Source: Laetmonice hystrix (Eukaryota). From it: a stretch of 64,000 nucleotides of DNA. Position 1 is the first letter of the stretch; each line of letters opens with the position of its first letter. The notes below the pieces were generated by a model that ran no database searches, was not told where the DNA came from, and saw only the letters and a list, made by a program, of their open reading frames with translations. Location: NCBI GenBank assembly GCA_965235115.1, contig OZ249445.1, positions 18,476,001 to 18,540,000 on the forward strand, read 5' to 3'. This document shows, piece after piece, positions 48,801 to 57,800 of the stretch. The position numbers were made by a program, and so were the translations under genes.

Positions 48801-51800
48801 AATTTTTTTTTTCATGAACTCCGGAGATGCGTTTTCCTGGCCTCTCAGAGCGAGAATAGCTTAAAAAAAACCACTGCTCTGCAGATTTATGGGGGGGATA
48901 TCCCCCTCATGTCCCAATCATGGGGGGGGGGATAAATCTTGGATACCAATCTTCTTACATGAAAAATAGTCTTTATTTCATCAAAATCAGTCAAGCGAAT
49001 CAAATGTTATGTCTTTTTTAGTGAAGATTCCGGGGAAACATAGATTCCGAGGTTGCTTGTTTTGGTCTGGATATTTTTTTTTGACACCCTGTATCTTCAG
49101 TGCAGTTTAGAAACCCCTTTACGTACCTTTATCCTGTAGATTAGATAATTTGGAAAGGACGTTTACAGATGTTTTATTAATAAGTGGAGAGTGCATGTCG
49201 TGCCATATTAGGCTCGAAGCGGCGCCTGTGTGAATGAAGTCTGAAGCTCACCATGCATGGATGTATCGAGTTGATTTTTTCATGTTGAAAGGCGTGCGTG
49301 TAGACGGCAGCGTATGTAATGATACCTCCCAGGATTATAATGTTGTTGATGTACGGGCTGGAGAGCTTGATGATCCTGTCGCCAACGATATACAGATGTA
49401 GCAGGATCAAATCACTACCCGAACTTTTCACTCTGGAGTGATATCATCCTAGGATCAGAACACTCTGGAGTGATATCATCCTAGAGTCAGAACACTCTAG
49501 AGTGATATCATCCTAGGATCAGAACACTCTGGAGTGATATCATCCCAGGATCAGAACACTCTGGAGTGATATCATCCTAGGATCAGAACACTCTAGAGTG
49601 ATATCATCCTAGGATCAGAACACTCTGGAGTGATATCATCCTAGGATCAGAACACTCTGGAGTGATATCATCCTAGGATCAGAACACTCTGGAGTGATAT
49701 CATCCTAGGATCAGAACACTCTGGAGTGATATCCTAGGATCAGAACACTCTGGAGTGATATCATCCTAGGATCAGAACACTCTGGAGTGATTTTATACGG
49801 GGTAGTGATTTTATACTCCTACACCGGCATATAAACAGAGCCGATTCACAGGGCAAACGGAGAACGTACCTATAGGGAACAGCGACATTAATAAGGAATC
49901 AAGGGGGGGGGGGGAGATTCTTTGAGGCTTTCCTAGGACTCCACCATGTGTTAGAACACAATGTAGCAATGTAGAAGTTATTGTTAATAATGCCGTGTTG
50001 GGCTTACTTGTGTTTGCGGTTGTAGCAGTTAAAGATGAGAAGACCGGCCGCGAACACACCTGCCGCGGCAGTGAGGGCGCTGAACCCGATGACCAGGGCC
50101 GGGGGGATAGAGGTCAGCATGAGGCGGTATTCAAATTGGTCCAAGGGAACCCCACCTGTAGCAGAGGGTGGACATATATACAAATGTACAGTGGACTCGA
50201 GGTTAGGAAAACTTGACTGGGACTGCGACTAGGGCTGGGGCTTGCGCACACAGAAAGGTGCAGGACAGCAACAGATGTGGATCTTAGATATGTATGAAAT
50301 TATAGAGCAGGAGCCGGGGAGGGGGAGGGAGGGGGTGCTTACTCAGGGCAATATAATTCCAGGTGGTTAGAATTTGGAATGATCGAGCTCATTTTTGGGG
50401 TGCGATTATCATATCCCCTCAGATGCAGATCGGCAGATGTCCATTTCCATAAAGAGGGATACGTATGGAGCAGAGCTATTTCAGGTAACAGGTTTACATA
50501 TGGAGCAGAGCTATTTCAGGCAACAGGTTTACATATGGAGCAGAGCTATTTCAGGCAACAGGTTTACATATGGAGCAGAGCTATTTCAGGCAACAGGTTT
50601 ACATATGGAGCAGAGCTATTTCAGGCAACAGGTTTTGTTACGGATAGATCCTCACATAGTTGTATTTCATATCTACAGGATGTATGTTCATGTCTCTGAT
50701 AAGTCATGTCTTTTCTTATTGTATGTTCTGTCATCCTCTGTTTGTTAACGAGCCCATATGGACGGATTAGTGTTTGTGATAAAGCCGCCAACCCCTGGCC
50801 ACGTCTGGCCAGGCTGACACCTTTGAAGTATCAAGGGTGTGAATGCCTTCTGGCTCCACCCATACTTGTTATGATGACAGTCAGCTTTCTATGTTTAACT
50901 TTAATCCGTATTGTAGTATTCTTTATTGTTAGGACTGTCTCTCTATGTAATGTTCTGGACTATATAAGAGTCAAGTTAAGTTTGAGTTGGCAATCAGTTG
51001 GAGAACCACTGCGAGTTAAAGATCAGTTGGAGAACCACTGCAACCAAGGAATCAGTTGGAGAACCACTGCGAGTTAAAGATCAGTTGGAGAACCACTGCA
51101 AGCAAGGAATCAGTTGGAGAACAACTAGTTATCGTTACGAACGTTTTGGAATACCAACAATCATAACGGTGACAAATGGTGTGAGAACCCGGCTCTTGTA
51201 AGTTCTATCCTTGCAAGCGATCTATAGTTGCTGTACATCATCTGGACGGTACCTCAACATCAACACTCCCACATTATGACGATGGACAGACCACAACCTA
51301 CAACTACCTGCCACAGATGCGGTTTACTGAGGACAACATCCTATCATCAATGTCCAGCGTATGGACGATACTGCTTTACCTGCGGCCGTCCAAACCATCT
51401 GGCCAAGGTATGTTTCACCCGTATTGCCGCTATACACCAAAAGCCAAGAAAATCTGCCAGACAGTTGGCCAGAGACAGGAGACGGATGGCCGACTTCCTC
51501 CAAAAGAAGAACTCCATGTCGTCCCTGCCTTACGCCACCATTCCGGACAAAGACCTTCACCACAACCTCCCTACCAAGACCCCGCGTAATGTTCTAACAA
51601 GACTTATTCAACATAATGGAAAACTACGAAGAGAGGTTAGTGAACTGCAATCCGACCACCGACAGCTCCCCCCAACACCTTCAACAACAGATTCAACCAC
51701 GCAGACCACCACAAAAACTTCTGAGGCATCAAGTCAAACGGCCTCCGATTCGGTTTCCACCACAGTTACAGAGCTGCAGCAACTGCAGGGAACAGTTTCC

Positions 51801-54800
51801 TGCCTGAAAGCTGAAGCTGCTGCTCTCCGTTCTAGTTGTGCCCAGCTACTTGCTAAAGGACAAGAAGACTTTTCTGTGTTCAAGAAAGAGACAATGACAC
51901 TGGCAAAAACTACCATGAAGCAGGAGGCCGATATTGCGAAACTAAAACAGCAGGCAAAGGAATCCCTCGACACAGTAAGAAGTCTTTCCAATGTCATAGC
52001 TATGAAAAACAAGGAAATAGAAGACCTCAAGTCCACCATTAGACAAAATGACCAGTCTGTCAGCCATCAGGACCCCAGCAAAATGGAACTGGCTGTAGAT
52101 TTTGCAGACCATCTTTTTCTGGCAGACTTCTTTGAACACTCACGACTATCCGACCATTTTTAAACGACGTATGGCCACAAGTTTCACCCTCAAATTCCAT
52201 GCTACCTGTGCACATTTCCTTTGGAGCCAAGATCTTTACACGCGAGATCAAGCTCAAGCCTGTCTTGAGGCAGCAACGACAACTACTGTCTGAAGACGTA
52301 TCTCGTATGTATTTTGAGAATGGTGACCTTCAGTCCACCTTCATTGTGAAAGTGAATGATCACCACTTCCGCCTTATGGACAAGGTTCCCCTTGGAACTC
52401 TACCACAGATGATCCTGGGCCAAGAACTAAGGACCACCATGGTTCTCCATGATCGCCACAATGTATTCCTCTGTGACTGTGACTTTCCCCACACCAGCGA
52501 CGAGTATGACCCATATCCACCATGTCCCAACATGTAAAAGGACGGCATTCACTCTCTCTTGTTGGTTGAACTTTTCATTTTTATGTGTGAAATCCACAGA
52601 TTATTTTTATCAGCAACAGATAGACTTTCAACAAGTCATATTATAATTGTGTCTCTGACTGATGTAGGTCAACAATCTTATAATTTGTAATTTGTGTGTA
52701 TGTTTTCCCACACTTGGAGTACTTTTATATTATGTTTGCGTTCCTGATATAGTTTGAAGAACAACGTTACTGAGGAGTACGGCCTACCGGCTTATCCGAG
52801 TAAAGGATTTTTGTAAGCTCAATTTCAACAAGGATAGGCCTAGCCAGTATTTGTATGATATCTTGTTTTCTATCGGACTTATAATGTCATGTTTGCATCC
52901 TTACATATGTCATTTATGTTATCTATCAGGATCTATTTTTCACGCCTTTGATAAATTACCATTTGAATGAGAAAATGTTATGTTAAAACGGCAAAGGTAT
53001 GATTATTTGCAGCGTGCGGAGTCGCTGCTTTTTCCCGACCTCGGGGGCAATGTTACGGATAGATCCTCACATAGTTGTATTTCATATCTACAGGATGTAT
53101 GTTCATGTCTCTGATAAGTCATGTCTTTTCTTATTGTATGTTCTGTCATCCTCTGTTTGTTAACGAGCCCATATGGACGGATTAGTGTTTGTGATAAAGC
53201 CGCCAACCCCTGGCCACGTCTGGCCAGGCTGACACCTTTGAAGTGTCAAGGGTGTGAATGCCTTCTGGCTCCACCCATACTTGTTATGATGACAGTCAGC
53301 TTTCTATGTTTAACTTTAATCCGTATTGTAGTATTCTTTATTGTTAGGACTGTCTCTCTATGTAATGTTCTGGACTATATAAGAGTCAAGTTAAGTTTGA
53401 GTTGGCAATCAGTTGGAGAACCACTGCGAGTTAAAGATCAGTTGGAGAACCACTGCAAGCAAGGAATCAGTTGGAGAACCACTGCGAGTTAAAGATCAGT
53501 TGGAGAACCACTGCAAGCAAGGAATCAGTTGGAGAACAACTAGTTATCGTTACGAACGTTTTGGAATACCAACAATCATAACGGTGACAGTTTCCCAACA
53601 GGGAAAGAGACCTACCTGTCCATCTCAGCGTTTTGTTGACATACCACTTAATTTGAGCTCTCTTGTCGTCAAAGTAACCGACTTCCACAGCGACCATTTT
53701 GCCTGTTTTGAATCAGAATAAGATATTATTAATAGGCCCTGGCGTGTGACATGCAGTGGGCTAATATGCACTGCATGTATGTGCTTTACTAAAATGAATA
53801 TTTTAATGCTTCCACAAATACGGTTTGTGGAGAGCGCAGTAATGATGACAGATTAGCGGGGTAAAGCTACCGTGTAGTAGATTCTGCCGAGTAGAATATC
53901 CTCAGTTTGCTAACTACTTGATAGATAAATTTCTCTACCAGTTGGATGCGAGTTACTAATGGTGAATATTTATCATTGGATTTCCCGGGATTGGCTCCTG
54001 TGGAAGGTTCCATCAAATCTTACAGGGCAGGGAGGGGGAGGGGACTAATAGGTTTATGCGGCATGCTCAGGGAGGATTTGAAAATGTCTTGGTCTGCGTC
54101 CCTGCTGTATAGAATGAGTGCGACTATACTCACTGCTGATTTGTGCCAGGTAGGTGTAACCATTTCTCGACCCGTCATCTTTAAATGACACGGGACCCTG
54201 TTAATGGCACAAATACAGGCTTTAGGGACAGGTGCATTTTAAGTAAGGTTGATGCTTGGTCTGTGTTTCAGTTTTAATATTACCAATACGAATAGACAGA
54301 GTTGCCACTCGTATGGTTGCACGAACAACTGCGTGCGACATTGTAAACCGTTGAACTTTCATGCAACATAAAGACTGCCAATAGAAGCCGCTGCAGAGGA
54401 AGTAACCTCCCGTTTTTCAAACCCCTATAGCACTATCTTTTCGATCATTTGGGGCAAAATATATTATACTTTGACTGATTTATTATCGGTGAAAGTGATA
54501 AGTAACTAGATGGCTTACCGAGACTCCCTCAAAGCTGAGTGTGGAGACAGCCTGGGTGATAACAGTGGCGATGTCTGAGCGGCTGTAGTTGAAATCCTCG
54601 AGTGAAGAACCGGGCGGGAGGTTCTCCAAGGAGGCGTTCAGGGCCAGACCCAGCGCCCACGCCGCGTCGTATACAAACGGAGAGGTGCGAGGGAAGATTT
54701 GATTCTTTGACAATGGCAGTGTCTTCAGCCAGGCCTTATACTGATGCACAGTCTATCAAGTAGCATATAGATCACTGAGACTAAACGGGAAAACAATAGA

Positions 54801-57800
54801 AGACCGGTACTAAAGTGTTAGTGATAGTAGGTCGGCTTTCACAGGGAGGCTTATATTGGGTACATGGCATGTATTATTAAGTGCACTTTGTAGCCTACTC
54901 GTTTCACAGCAGAAATAATATACATCGTTACGTTGACCCTTATTATAAAAGTACATGTTGTCGACAGGTTTGCGTGTTGTGGGTGGAGGTTGGGAGTTTG
55001 GTAGAGGGAGGCACAGTAAGGCATATTTTTTTGCAGGAAAATCAGCCCCATGGATTTGAAGCGCAAATACAAGTGACACAAGTCACGTGTTTAAGGCCGC
55101 CTTCTGACGTCATGACTGTGTGACGTCATAAAGCAGACGCCGTACCTTTCCTGACGTAGTGACGGTGTTGTCATGACGTAAGTATTTGTGGTCGACAGTG
55201 AGGGCGCGGTGTGCCGCCTGGCTGACCTTGTATTCCGAACATTCAAGGCTTGGGTGGCGCCACCAGTTCGGGTACAGCGAGTACCCACTGAGGATCCACG
55301 TGTACAGACGGCTGCGCATTCCTTGCTTGTACGCCTGACGGCCACCGCCATGCAATACAAGAATCAGGCTTTGTTTAAAAAAAACCCGTACATAAAGGAA
55401 ACTGTTTGCTGAACCATTGTGCGATAAGACAATGGAGCAAAGATAAGGGTGTGGAAATTTTAGTCGAGGCTGTAGCGAACGTGATAATTTGCTTGCGTGT
55501 TTGTGTCCACGTGCGCAGGAAATGAGATGAATGATTACCTCACAGAATACCCTTCCTGTGTCCAAGGACGACAAGGACGCAAAGATAATTCTGGCTTCAA
55601 ATTGCTGAAAATAGACATATAACATGTTTACATGAAGTCAATCTGGTTTCTCTTTATTATTCATTTCTCAAATCGATAGCGGATGTTTTAACCCAGGCCG
55701 TGGTCCGTTCCACGAAAGGAACCTGGTTTTTAACACAGACATGGTAAAAATTGCAGTAAATGTCTGCGTTATAGAAACTTGGTTTGGGAGTGATGACCCA
55801 TCCATGCTGACCTAGAGTCTGAATACAATTTCCCGTCCCGGGGGACAGAGGAAATTAACTGTCAGCATAACGTAAGTCAGCGTGGTTACTTGAATCACTG
55901 ACAGCAAGGGATTGGGTGTGGTCCAGCGGAAAGTCAATCTATCTAAATCTACAATCAACGCATTGTTTTCATTTGATTTACCCGCATTGGATTTGATGGT
56001 AAGGTACTCTATCGGAGCATTTTGATGGGTATAGTTTAATCCCGGGATATTTTACAATATCTCTGACACCGGATGTACAATTTCATAACTTTCAGTAGAT
56101 CATTCCTTGTAACAGTTTTTGTTCTCTACGACTCGAAGTAAATTACACTTACCTTCAGTCGGCTCACATGACTTGCTATAGACTTCCCAGCAATGATGAT
56201 TCCAGAAGTTATCAACGTGAAGTTGTTTTGTGACAAATTGATATGGAACGCTGAGGTTTCCTATAGAAAATGTCCAAATCAGGTCATGATCACTGGACTA
56301 TATCGGGTATCCCCAAAAAAGTGAACCGCTTTTTGCCAAGTATTTTCTCAGTGATAGATAAACTGACTTGTTGATGATACCCCAAGGTTACTGTGTGAAA
56401 ATTTTCAATGAATTCGGTTTATCTATCACTGAGAAAATACTTGTCAAAAAGCGGTTCACTTTTCTGGGGGACACCCAATACAAGACGTCGGGGTTTGCAG
56501 GTGGGATTTACACCTATGGTTGACATTTACCGCATGGTTAAACCGGTCGTATTTTTATTGAATTCACTTTTATTTTAAAGAAGATCTAAAGGATCGGAGC
56601 GGACATATTTTACCGATTTATGGTGATCTGAATCGGTTGTCAGTGTTGCTACACGCTTCCAGCCGAACCGGTTCATCAACGCCACCTTGAGGGGATTCAA
56701 GGCATGACCGCCAAAGTTGACCCTGTACAGGTTGGGGTATGTCGACCTGTCCAACGTCGAGGATGTTCTCGCCGAAAACAGAAACTGTAATATGAACTAA
56801 TTAATTTTACGACATATTGTGTAAGCGAATCTCTGTTTAAAAATTAGGTGAAGGTCCTGTAGAAATATTGGGTCGCATCCTTTGTTACCGCCTCCTTCAC
56901 TGGGCTTCAAACTCTTTCATATTAGCCATCGATTTAACTAAGTATAAACATGCCCAGGTTAACAAGTGAGGATAGACTGAGAGAATTCTGACCTCGTGTA
57001 GGTTCCAGTACTGGACGGACTGTGAGACAAGCTCAGTGACGGGTGACATGGATGGACCGAGAATGGCGAGCTTGGTGGGCGGGTCACTGATCGCTTCGTA
57101 CAGACGCTTCGTCCCTAGACCAGGGATACCCTGCAGCATAGATAGAGATATCTCACAGACACTTCGTCCCTAGACCAGGGATACCCTGCAGCATAGATAG
57201 AGATATCTCACAGACACTTCGTCCCTAGACCAGGGATACCCTGCAGCATAGATAGAGATATCTAACAGACACTTCGTCCCTAGACCAGGGATACCCTGCA
57301 GCATAGAGATATCTCACAGACGCTTCGTCCCTAGACCAGGGATACCCTGCAGCATAGGGATATCTCACAGACGCTTCGTCCCTAGACCAGGGATACCCTG
57401 CAGCATAGAGATATCTCACAGACGCTTCGTCCCTAGACCAGGGATACCCTGCAGCATAGATAGAGATATCTCAGACACTTCGTCCCTAGACCAAGGATAC
57501 CCTGCAGCATAGATAGAGATATATCACAGACACTTCGTCCCTAGACCAGGGATACCCTGCAGCATAGATAGAGATATCTCACAGACGCTTCGTCCCTAGA
57601 CCAGGGATACCCTGCAGCATAGAGATATCTCACAGACGCTTCGTCCCTAGACCAGGGATACCCTGCAGCATAGATAGAGATATCTCACAGACGCTTCGTC
57701 CCTAGACCAGGGATACCCTGCAGCATAGATAGAGATATCTCACAGACGCTTCGTCCCTAGACCAGGGATACCCTGCAGCATAGATAGAGATATCTCACAG

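Larger units (their letters stand above)
50636..53589 (+). mobile_element. Young non-autonomous LTR retroelement (Gypsy-like), 2954 bp, in intron 9 of the GABA-B-like gene, antisense to the host
   Basis: 539-bp LTRs 50636-51174 and 53051-53589 (TGTTAC...GTGACA) differ at 2 positions; 4-bp TSD GTTT (50632-50635 and 53590-53593); PBS-like TGGTGTGAGAACCCGG at 51177; purine tract GGGGGCAA before the 3' LTR; TATA box at 50961; no RT, RNase H or integrase ORF. Confidence 0.92.

Noticed and set aside
49430-49460. 32-bp array appearing to duplicate the exon 11 acceptor (ORF 49177..49431 starts in it)
   Set aside because: Phase analysis places the true acceptor at 49376 (GACAG|G ATC), about 55 nt from the array, so this array is not junction-anchored.
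50706-51077. Duplicated 123-aa hydrophobic ORF (also at 53121..53492)
   Set aside because: Lies entirely within the two LTRs and runs through the LTR TATA box; treated as incidental.
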